DNA of 64,000 nucleotides from Herbiconiux sp. (GTDB lineage Bacteria; Actinomycetota; Actinomycetes; Actinomycetales; Microbacteriaceae): NCBI RefSeq assembly GCF_004297105.1, contig NZ_SCVE01000018.1, positions 12,668 to 76,667 of the forward strand, read 5' to 3'. Shown piece by piece: positions 57,451 to 64,000 of this stretch (position 1 is its first letter; each line of letters starts with the position of its first letter). The notes under the pieces were generated by a model. It saw only the letters and a program-made list of their open reading frames with translations, ran no database searches and was not told where the DNA came from. The position numbers and the translations under genes were made by a program.

Positions 57451-59193
57451 ATGGCCGAAGCGACGCCCCTCGACCCCACCACCACCGACGCCTGGAAGGC
57501 ACTCGGCGGCATCGCCTCCGGGTTCGCCCCCGACCTGCGCGGATGGTTCGCTACCGACGCGAACCGCGCCGAGACGTATACCTTCCAGGCCGCCGATCTG
57601 ACGGTCGACCTCTCGAAGAACCTCATCACCGAGGAGATCCTCGCGCACCTCCTCGCTGTGGCGAAGGATTCGGGCGTCGCCGAACGCTACGAGGCCATGA
57701 TCGCCGGCGAGCACATCAACGTCACCGAGAACCGGGCCGTGCTGCACACCGCCCTGCGCCGACCCGCTGCCGACGCATCAGGAGCCGGCGAGCTCGCTCC
57801 CCCGGCCGGCTTCGTGGTCGACGGTGCCGACATCGACGCCGAGGTGCACGCCACCCTCGACAAGGTGTTCGCCTTCGCCGAACGCGTGCGCTCGGGCGAG
57901 TGGACCGGCGTCACCGGCAAGCGCATCGAGACCGTCGTGAACATCGGTATCGGCGGCTCCGACCTCGGGCCCGTGATGGTCTACGAAGCACTCAAGCCCT
58001 ACGTGCAAGAGGGCCTCGAGTGCCGCTTCGTCTCCAACATCGACCCCTCCGACATCTACGAGAAGACGGCCGGTCTCGACCCCGAGACCACCCTCTTCAT
58101 CGTGGCCTCCAAGACCTTCGGCACGCTCGAGACCCTCACCAACGCCCGCCTCGCGCGACAGTGGCTGTGGGAGCGACTGGGCGCATCCGGATCCATCGCC
58201 GACACGGAGGAGGCGCGCACCGCCGCCGTCGCCAAGCACTTCGTGGCCGTCTCCACGGCCCTCGACAAGGTGGCGGCGTTCGGCATCGATCCCGAGAACG
58301 CGTTCGGGTTCTGGGACTGGGTGGGCGGCCGCTACTCGGTCGACTCGGCAATCGGCACCTCGGTGGCGATCGCGATCGGGCCCGACGGCTTCCGCGACTT
58401 CCTCGGCGGCTTCCATGCCATCGACGAGCACATGCGCACCACGCCGCTCGAGAAGAACGTGCCCGTGCTGATGGGGCTGCTGAACGTCTGGTACACGAAC
58501 TTCCTCGGCGCACAGAGCCACGCCGTGCTCCCGTATGCGCAGTATCTGCACCGCTTCCCGGCCTACCTGCAGCAGCTCACGATGGAGTCGAACGGCAAGA
58601 GCGTGCGGTGGGACGGCTCCCCCGTCACCACCGACACCGGCGAGATCTTCTGGGGTGAGCCGGGCACCAACGGCCAGCACGCCTTCTACCAGCTCATCCA
58701 CCAGGGCACGCGCCTCATCCCGGCCGACTTCATCGCGGTGGCCAACCCCGCGCATCCCCTGAAGGATGGCACGGGCGACGGCCACGCGGTCGAACCGGGC
58801 GCCGACGTGCACTCGCTCTTCCTCGCCAACTTCTTCGCGCAGACCAAGGCGCTCGCGTTCGGCAAGACGGCCGACGAGGTGCGCGCCGAGGGCACGGCCG
58901 AGTCGGTGGTTCCGGCGCGGGTGTTCAGCGGCAACCGCCCCACGACCTCGATCCTCGCGCCGGCGCTCACGCCGTCGGTCGTGGGTCAGCTGATCGCGCT
59001 CTACGAGCACATCGTGTTCACCGAGGGAACCATCTGGGGCATCGACTCGTTCGACCAATGGGGTGTGGAGCTCGGCAAGCAGCTCGCCCTGCAGATCGCT
59101 CCCGCGGTCGACGGGGATGCAGCGGCGCTCGAGTCGCAGGACTCGTCGACGAAGGCGCTCATCGCGAAGTACCTGTCCCTGCGCACGAACTGA
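57451..59193 (+). CDS. pgi: glucose-6-phosphate isomerase
   Basis: ATG 57451 within track ORF 56815..59193. [57 protein letters not shown]. Confidence 0.95.
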   Translation: MAEATPLDPTTTDAWKALGGIASGFAPDLRGWFATDANRAETYTFQAADLTVDLSKNLITEEILAHLLAVAKDSGVAERYEAMIAGEHINVTENRAVLHTALRRPAADASGAGELAPPAGFVVDGADIDAEVHATLDKVFAFAERVRSGEWTGVTGKRIETVVNIGIGGSDLGPVMVYEALKPYVQEGLECRFVSNIDPSDIYEKTAGLDPETTLFIVASKTFGTLETLTNARLARQWLWERLGASGSIADTEEARTAAVAKHFVAVSTALDKVAAFGIDPENAFGFWDWVGGRYSVDSAIGTSVAIAIGPDGFRDFLGGFHAIDEHMRTTPLEKNVPVLMGLLNVWYTNFLGAQSHAVLPYAQYLHRFPAYLQQLTMESNGKSVRWDGSPVTTDTGEIFWGEPGTNGQHAFYQLIHQGTRLIPADFIAVANPAHPLKDGTGDGHAVEPGADVHSLFLANFFAQTKALAFGKTADEVRAEGTAESVVPARVFSGNRPTTSILAPALTPSVVGQLIALYEHIVFTEGTIWGIDSFDQWGVELGKQLALQIAPAVDGDAAALESQDSSTKALIAKYLSLRTN

Positions 59194-59204
59194 GAGGTCG
59201 ACCG

Positions 59205-59226
59205 GGGTGCCGATCGCTCGGCGCCC
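59205..59226. terminator. stem-loop between convergent pgi and the PadR-partner membrane gene
   Basis: gggtgccga-tcgc-tcggcgccc forms a 9-bp stem including one G-U pair. Lies between the stops at 59193 and 59231. Confidence 0.4.
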
Positions 59227-59230
59227 GTGC

Positions 59231-59764
59231 TCACCGCCAGGTGCGGCGGAGATACGAACTGACGAAGATGTTCGTGATCAGCGGGATGACCAGGAAGGCC
59301 GCCAAGCCGATCAGGCCCGAATCCGTCTTGCGGAACACGAGCAACGCCACGATTCCGACGACTGTTCCACCGATCGACGTGAGGATGGCGCGGCGCTTCT
59401 CCGCCGGACGCCAGCGGTCGCCCACGCCGATCATCACCAAGCCGGCGATCCACCCGAGTGCGGCGACGTACCAGCCGACCGTCAGCACGATCGCGGTGAT
59501 CGTGGGATAGGTCGTCGACGCGGGCGCAGTGCGCGGTGCGCCGGAGGGGGCGTCGGATGCGCTCTGCGCTGCCGCATCCGCCGCGATCCTCTGCGGGTCG
59601 CCCAGCCCGGCGATACGCTCGCGCGCCTCGGCGTCGGTGAGGCCCTGCAGCTCGCCCGCGACATCCGTCACGATCTCGGTGCGCACGGCCGCGGGAGCCG
59701 CGGCGAGTGCGGCCTCCAAGTCGGTGACGTACTGCCGGGCGGTGTCGCTCGTGGGTTCGGTCAT
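59231..59764 (-). CDS. PadR-associated membrane protein (DUF1700/HAAS-like sensor partner)
   Basis: Met25 of track ORF 59231..59836. ATGA overlap with the PadR stop. N-terminal helical QYVTDLEAALAAAP..VRTEIVTDVAGEL, then 3 TM helices. Confidence 0.7.
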   Translation of the reverse strand: MTEPTSDTARQYVTDLEAALAAAPAAVRTEIVTDVAGELQGLTDAEARERIAGLGDPQRIAADAAAQSASDAPSGAPRTAPASTTYPTITAIVLTVGWYVAALGWIAGLVMIGVGDRWRPAEKRRAILTSIGGTVVGIVALLVFRKTDSGLIGLAAFLVIPLITNIFVSSYLRRTWR

Positions 59765-60114
59765 GAGGCCTGTCCTTCCTGGGGAGGTCGATCGGGGGCG
59801 GTGACGGCGTCGACCGCGAGCGCGAAGGGGTGCCACTGCTCGCGGAACTGCTGCAGCTGGGCCGAGCCTTCCGCGGTGAGCGTGTAGTACTTGCGCGGGC
59901 GGGCCGAGTCGGACTCGTCGGCACGGGCCACGATCAGGCCCTGCGCGCGCAACCTCGCCAGGAGCGGGTAGAGCGTGCCGATGCTGCCGATGAGGCCGAA
60001 TTCGACGAGTCGTTCGGAGATCTTCCAGCCGTAGGCGGGTGCGTGTTGCAGGAGGCCGAGTACGCAGTACTCCACCACGCCTTTGCGCAGCTGGGCGCCC
60101 ACCTCACTTGTCAT
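59761..60114 (-). CDS. PadR-family transcriptional regulator
   Basis: Met181 of track ORF 59761..60654. LRKGVVEYCVLGLLQHAPAYGWKISERL....IGSIGTLYPLLARLRAQGLI......SARPRKYYTLT. Confidence 0.9.
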   Translation of the reverse strand: MTSEVGAQLRKGVVEYCVLGLLQHAPAYGWKISERLVEFGLIGSIGTLYPLLARLRAQGLIVARADESDSARPRKYYTLTAEGSAQLQQFREQWHPFALAVDAVTAPDRPPQEGQAS

Positions 60115-60120
60115 GCATAA

Positions 60121-60132
60121 CAGCATATGCTG
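60121..60132. promoter_or_regulatory. perfect 12-bp palindrome CAGCATATGCTG, candidate PadR operator
   Basis: Read directly, 7 nt upstream of the PadR ATG (60114), in the divergent gap shared with the alpha/beta-fold gene. Confidence 0.4.
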
Positions 60133-60234
60133 CATCGCCAGGTATGACCAGTGACCTGCACAGACGCGCCCTTGCGGATTCCGCTCGAGGTTGTAGAAGG
60201 GAGAGGGGCCGCGGGTCTCAGAACGGGGGCACAC

Positions 60235-61068
60235 ATGGCGCACCACATGATCACACTGCCGTCGGGCGACACGGTCGGGTTCTCGGCAGCGGGCGATCCC
60301 CTGTCCGACCGGCTGGTGCTCTTCTGTCTGCCGACCCCGGGAGCGGGGATGTTCGACCCCGACCCGGTCGTGACGAACACCTGGGGAGTCCACCTGGTCT
60401 CCCTCGACCGCCCGGGCTACGGGTCGACTCCCCCCGGCACGCGCGGCAGTCTCATCCAACACCGGGCCGATGACCTGGCCGCCTTCCTCACCGCGTCGCG
60501 GGATGCGGCGCGCTCCTCGGGTGCGACGGTGTTCGGGCCCGCCGGAGTGGTGGGGTGGGGCACCGGAGGGATGGTGGCTCTCTCGCTCGCGGCGCGGCAT
60601 CCGGAGCTCGTCGACCGGGTGGCGGCCTTCCAGACCGCCGCGCCCCAGGGCCACACGGTCGACCCGGCGTCGCAGTCGCTGCCCCCGTTCAGGATGCCCT
60701 CACTCGGCATCGCGCCCGACCACGCGCTGCTGGAGCGACCGGGCGTGAGGAGTCGGCTCGAGCGGATGCTCGCAGCCGCCGCCGAGCAGGGCGACGCGGG
60801 CACCGCTCACGACCGGCGCGCACTCGCCGATCGGTCGTGGGCGAAGGAGCTCGGCGCCATCCGCGCTGACGTGCGCCTGATCTACGCCGACGACGCGAGC
60901 GATGTGGGCCGCGACGATGGGGCGTGGTACCGGCGGCGGATCCCATCGGCACGGGTCGTGCGGGTGACGTCGGACGGAGCGCTGGCGCTGGTCACGGAGT
61001 GGGACCGCATCCTCGCCCACGTGGCGCCCGACCATGGCGGCCTGTCGGCCGCAAGCCGCGAGGGCTGA
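60235..61068 (+). CDS. alpha/beta-hydrolase-fold protein lacking the canonical nucleophile and His
   Basis: ATG 60235 (Met29 of track ORF 60151..61068). The fold is recognisable (LDRPGYGST, ...AARHPELVDRV), but the nucleophile elbow reads GWGTGG instead of G-x-S-x-G-G, and the C-terminal G-H position reads DGALAL. Confidence 0.7.
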   Translation: MAHHMITLPSGDTVGFSAAGDPLSDRLVLFCLPTPGAGMFDPDPVVTNTWGVHLVSLDRPGYGSTPPGTRGSLIQHRADDLAAFLTASRDAARSSGATVFGPAGVVGWGTGGMVALSLAARHPELVDRVAAFQTAAPQGHTVDPASQSLPPFRMPSLGIAPDHALLERPGVRSRLERMLAAAAEQGDAGTAHDRRALADRSWAKELGAIRADVRLIYADDASDVGRDDGAWYRRRIPSARVVRVTSDGALALVTEWDRILAHVAPDHGGLSAASREG

Positions 61069-61122
61069 ACGGCGCCGTGATCTCACGAGCCGGATCCATC
61101 CAGGGGGTCTAGGGTCACGAAC

Positions 61123-61347
61123 ATGAGCGATGAGAACACGCAAGACCAGCCCATCATGAGCGGTTCCGACGACGCCACCGACCACGAGAAGTCGGACGGG
61201 CGAGACGCCCAGGAGCGCGCCGACGCCGCCTTCTACAAGGATCACGACAAGGCGAAGGCCAACCAGCCCGACCCCGACCCGGCGGTGTCGAGCTACGCCA
61301 ACCCGTCGAGCAGCGATCTCTCTCACGACGAGCGCTCCGAGGACTGA
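61123..61347 (+). CDS. small acidic, probably disordered hypothetical protein (74 aa)
   Basis: The ORF has strongly GC-biased third positions. It is D/E/S/K-rich with no hydrophobic core (MSDENTQDQPIMSGSDDATDHEKSDGRDAQERAD...). Confidence 0.5.
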   Translation: MSDENTQDQPIMSGSDDATDHEKSDGRDAQERADAAFYKDHDKAKANQPDPDPAVSSYANPSSSDLSHDERSED

Positions 61348-61524
61348 GCCGGCCCCGGCGGCGCGACGCGGATTCGCACACGGATTCGCACGAGCGGCGC
61401 GATATTCCGCTCGCCTTCCGGGATCTTTGCGCGAACCCGCATCCGCCCGATCACCCCCAGGCCGGTGTCGCTGCTGTCGGCGGAATCGGGCGCGCAAGCG
61501 GCGAGCGGGTCGTACGGTCGTCGT

Positions 61525-62259
61525 ATGACTGACGCGAACGATCATCCCACCGTGGTCTTCATGCACGGCGCCCTGGTGTGCGACGGGGAGTGGTGGTGGC
61601 GGCCCACCGCCGAGCTGCTCTTCGAGCGCGCGGGCATCCGGAGCCGCGCCGTCGCCCTGCCATCGTGCGGGGAGGCTCCACCGCCAGCGGGCACCGAGGG
61701 ACTGGTGGCGGATGCGGCAGCCCTCCGTGCCGTGCTCGATGAGTTCTCCCGCGCCTCCGCGATCGTCGTGGGCCACTCCTACGGCGGAACCGTCATCGCC
61801 GAAGCCGGACAGCATCCGGCCGTCGCGCACCTGCTCGCCATCTCGTCGTATCTGCCGGAAGCGGGGCTGTCGCAGGGCGCGATCATGAGCGGCGAGAGCG
61901 ACTCGGTGACAATCGGCGACAACGGCGACGGCACACTGAGCGTGTCCGGCTACGACGCGGCGTCGTTCGGCGCTCGCTTCCTGCACGACGCGGATGAGGC
62001 CACCCGACATCACGCCTGGGAGCGGGTGACGGCGCAGAGCGTGGCCGCATTCGTGACGCCCACGAGCGCCGTCGGCTGGGAGGGCGTCGACTCGACGTAC
62101 ATCGTCTGCAGCGAGGACCGCAGCACATCGCTCGCTCTCCAACGCGAGCACGCTAGCCGGGCCACACGGTCTGTCGAGGTGCCGACCGGGCACCATCCGT
62201 TCGTCACCCGGCCCGACCTGGTTGTCGAGCAGATCGAAGCGATGCTCGCATCCGGCTGA
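61525..62259 (+). CDS. alpha/beta hydrolase
   Basis: Met21 of track ORF 61465..62259. VVFMHGA, nucleophile elbow VGHSYGG, C-terminal PTGHHPF. Confidence 0.85.
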   Translation: MTDANDHPTVVFMHGALVCDGEWWWRPTAELLFERAGIRSRAVALPSCGEAPPPAGTEGLVADAAALRAVLDEFSRASAIVVGHSYGGTVIAEAGQHPAVAHLLAISSYLPEAGLSQGAIMSGESDSVTIGDNGDGTLSVSGYDAASFGARFLHDADEATRHHAWERVTAQSVAAFVTPTSAVGWEGVDSTYIVCSEDRSTSLALQREHASRATRSVEVPTGHHPFVTRPDLVVEQIEAMLASG

Positions 62260-62346
62260 ATCGCGGTGCCCGCTCTCGTCGGGCTGCCCGCTGTCGGCCG
62301 ACTGTCTGCTCTCAGCTGAATCCGGCCGTGCCCACTGTTCTCCGGG
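62255..62346. repeat. degenerate tandem repeats (18-nt sub-units within a ~60-nt period) upstream of the ClgR-like gene
   Basis: gtgcccgctctcgtcggg / ctgcccgctgtcggccga / ctgtctgctctcagctga (62266-62319), 13/18 identity between neighbouring units. gctgaatc recurs at 62255 and 62315, and gtgccc(g/a)ct at 62266 and 62328. Confidence 0.5.
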
Positions 62347-62371
62347 TCGCCGGGCGTTGTTGACTGTGCTC

Positions 62372-62722
62372 ATGAGCCAGTCCCCGCAGCGAAACGAATC
62401 CACTGATCCCTCCGCGCGCCCGGCTCCGGAGCGCCTCTGGCGGCAGGTCGTCGGTGAAGAGCTGCGCGCCATCCGTCTCGACCGCGATGAATCGCTGCGC
62501 ACGGTCGCGATGCGAGCCCGGGTCTCTCCCCAGTACCTCTCGGAGATCGAGCGCGGCTTCAAGGAACCCTCGAGCGAGATCCTCGCCGCGATCGGAGCCT
62601 CCCTCGACACCTCCCTCCTCGACCTCACGACGGCGGTGGCCGACCGTCTCGCTGCGTCGTCGGGGCCGAGTCGGGCATCCGCCGCCCGCGTCTCGGCCGC
62701 CGCGTTCGCGCTGGCCGCCTGA
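62372..62722 (+). CDS. XRE-family HTH regulator, ClgR-like
   Basis: Met51 of track ORF 62222..62722. LRAIRLDRDESLRTVAMRARVSPQYLSEIERGFKEPSSEILAAIGASLD closely follows the ClgR pattern (RVSPGYLSELERGRKEVSSELLAS). The C-terminus ends ...FALAA. Confidence 0.75.
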   Translation: MSQSPQRNESTDPSARPAPERLWRQVVGEELRAIRLDRDESLRTVAMRARVSPQYLSEIERGFKEPSSEILAAIGASLDTSLLDLTTAVADRLAASSGPSRASAARVSAAAFALAA

Positions 62723-62766
62723 CGAGGCGAGCAGATCCGCAGATGCCGATCTGACCTCCGGGCTCA

Positions 62767-62836
62767 TTCGGTATTCGGTATTGCTACCTACCGGTAGTCG
62801 GCGTTACTATCTACTGGTACTCAGCGTCACTGAGTA
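62767..62836. promoter_or_regulatory. AT-richer promoter/operator region upstream of the PadR-DUF1048-ABC operon
   Basis: Tandem TTCGGTA x2 (62767-62780). Palindrome CTACCGGTAG (62788-62797), with the related CTACTGGTAC at 62811-62820. Inverted repeat TACTCAG-cgtca-CTGAGTA (62818-62836), just before the GGAGGAG Shine-Dalgarno of the PadR gene. Confidence 0.5.
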
Positions 62837-62851
62837 GATGGAGGAGTCCGG

Positions 62852-63190
62852 ATGGCGAAGCTGATGACCGAGATGCTCAAGGGCACTCTGGAGGGGATCG
62901 TGCTGGCGACCCTGGCCGCGCAGCCCGCCTACGGCTACGAGATCACCGCCCGCCTGCGTGATCAGGGATTCTCGGACATCGTCGAGGGCACCGTGTATGC
63001 GCTGTTGCTGCGCATCGAGCAGCGCGGCCTCGTGGACGTGGAGAAGGTGCCCTCGGAGAAAGGGCCGCCTCGCAAGGTCTACGCGCTCAATCCGCGGGGT
63101 CGCGAGTACCTCGATGAGTTCTGGCAGAGCTGGACCTTCCTCGCCCAACGCATCGAACAGTTGCACCACACCGTCGAAGGAGAGAACTGA
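62852..63190 (+). CDS. PadR-family transcriptional regulator
   Basis: 112 aa. LKGTLEGIVLATLAAQPAYGYEITARLRDQGF..IVEGTVYALLLRIEQRGLV........GPPRKVYALN. Confidence 0.92.
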   Translation: MAKLMTEMLKGTLEGIVLATLAAQPAYGYEITARLRDQGFSDIVEGTVYALLLRIEQRGLVDVEKVPSEKGPPRKVYALNPRGREYLDEFWQSWTFLAQRIEQLHHTVEGEN

Positions 63191-63192
63191 TC

Positions 63193-63570
63193 ATGGCCGC
63201 CAAATGGATCGAAGCCCTCACCGGCTCGCTCGAACAGAAGAAGCAGTACAAGCACGACAAGGGCCGCATAGACGCGCTTCCCGCCCCCTATGGCGCGGCA
63301 GCGAAGGCGATGCACCGTTACCTCATGCACTCCGGCGGCATCACCGACGGCGACACGCTCATCACGATGTTCGGCGACCTCGCCGACCTGTGGGAGCGCG
63401 CCGCTGCCGACGAGACGCCCCTGCGCGACATCGTCGGCGACGACCCCGTCGACTTCGCCGAGACCTTCGCTCAGGCGTACACCGGCACGCACTGGATCGA
63501 CAAGGAGCGCGCACGCCTCGTGAAGGCCGTCGACGATGCCGAGCACGGCCAGCCCCGGGACGCCGACTGA
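63193..63570 (+). CDS. DUF1048 domain protein
   Basis: 125 aa. KWIEALTGSLEQKKQYK...LPAPYGAAAKAMHRYL is typical of DUF1048 proteins that follow PadR genes. Starts 2 nt after the PadR stop. Confidence 0.75.
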   Translation: MAAKWIEALTGSLEQKKQYKHDKGRIDALPAPYGAAAKAMHRYLMHSGGITDGDTLITMFGDLADLWERAAADETPLRDIVGDDPVDFAETFAQAYTGTHWIDKERARLVKAVDDAEHGQPRDAD

Positions 63571-64000
63571 TGAGCGCCGCCACAGCGGCCGTTCCCGCCT
63601 CCGCCCCCGGTGCAACGGCCGAGCCCGCAATCCGGGTGCAGGGCATCACGAAGTCGTTCAAAGACGTGCACGTCCTGCGCGGGGTCGACTTCGAGGTGGC
63701 CCCCGGCACCGTCTTCGCGCTGCTCGGCTCGAACGGAGCCGGCAAGACCACGCTGGTGCGCATCCTCTCCACCCTGCTGGCACCGGATGCGGGCACCGCG
63801 ACCGTGCACGGCTTCGACGTCATCGGCGACGCCGCCCGCGTGCGCGAGTCGATCAGCCTCACGGGGCAGTTCGCGGCGGTCGACGATGTGCTGACGGGCC
63901 GCGAGAACCTGCAGCTGGTGGCTCGACTGCGGCACCTGCACAGCCCCGGCCGCATCGCCGACGACCTGCTCGCGCGGTTCTCGCTCACGGAGGCCGGCCA
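63570..64000 (+). CDS. ABC transporter ATP-binding protein (DrrA-like; C-terminus outside the window)
   Basis: Not in the ORF track (no in-window stop). ATG 63570 overlaps the DUF1048 stop by 1 nt. My translation: MSAATAAVPA...IRVQGITKSFKDVHVLRGVDFEVAPGTVFALLGSNGAGKTTLVRIL (Walker A), ...LTGRENLQL. Confidence 0.85.
   Translation, partial: MSAATAAVPASAPGATAEPAIRVQGITKSFKDVHVLRGVDFEVAPGTVFALLGSNGAGKTTLVRILSTLLAPDAGTATVHGFDVIGDAARVRESISLTGQFAAVDDVLTGRENLQLVARLRHLHSPGRIADDLLARFSLTEAG

Noticed and set aside
61369-61400. The TTCGC-containing tandem repeat as a ClgR operator.
   Set aside because: The spacing does not fit the CGC-N5-GCG type motif that I recall. The repeat is a direct repeat, not inverted.
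60700-62628. 642-aa minus-strand ORF.
   Set aside because: It runs antisense across three well-supported plus-strand genes and two intergenic regions. Its composition is Arg/Gly/Ala-rich noise.

Overview
The window is a gene-dense, roughly 70% GC chromosomal segment. Gene content and synteny (DUF3043-pyrD-nrdR, hisD...dnaE, cydAB, ClgR-like and PadR/MmyB-like regulators) point to a high-GC Actinomycetota genome, probably Micrococcales/Microbacteriaceae; this placement is inference only. I call 61 protein-coding genes. Most sit in compact operons joined by 1-4 nt start/stop overlaps (ATGA/GTGA). By eye I found no rRNA, tRNA, CRISPR array, transposase or integrase.

Housekeeping genes: pyrD, nrdR, hisD, dnaE, cydAB, pgi.

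Accessory modules:
- A histidine kinase and response regulator translationally coupled to an Fe-S cryptochrome/(6-4) photolyase, divergent from an FtsX-type ABC transporter.
- A HEAT-repeat-GT4 plus GT1 glycosyltransferase pair running straight into hisD.
- An aspartate:alanine exchanger and aspartate 4-decarboxylase (aspT-aspD), chained by overlaps to a rhomboid-like/MprF-type (DUF2156) fusion protein and a UbiB/ABC1 kinase.
- A LacI-controlled GH127 + GH63-like sugar ABC operon with two identical tandem palindromic operators.
- A metQNI-aminotransferase-luxS operon.
- Several PadR, MerR, HxlR and XRE regulator cassettes.

The best candidate for an undescribed system lies in the variable hisD-dnaE interval (15538-18226). 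It encodes a Cys-rich lipoprotein, then a WXG100-headed protein with a Gly-rich linker and an unassigned glycine-zipper C-terminal domain, then a 225-aa soluble protein, then a 107-aa two-TM protein. I interpret it as an orphan type VII-style polymorphic membrane toxin with chaperone/immunity genes.

All family assignments come from reading motifs in the supplied translations. No database search was run.
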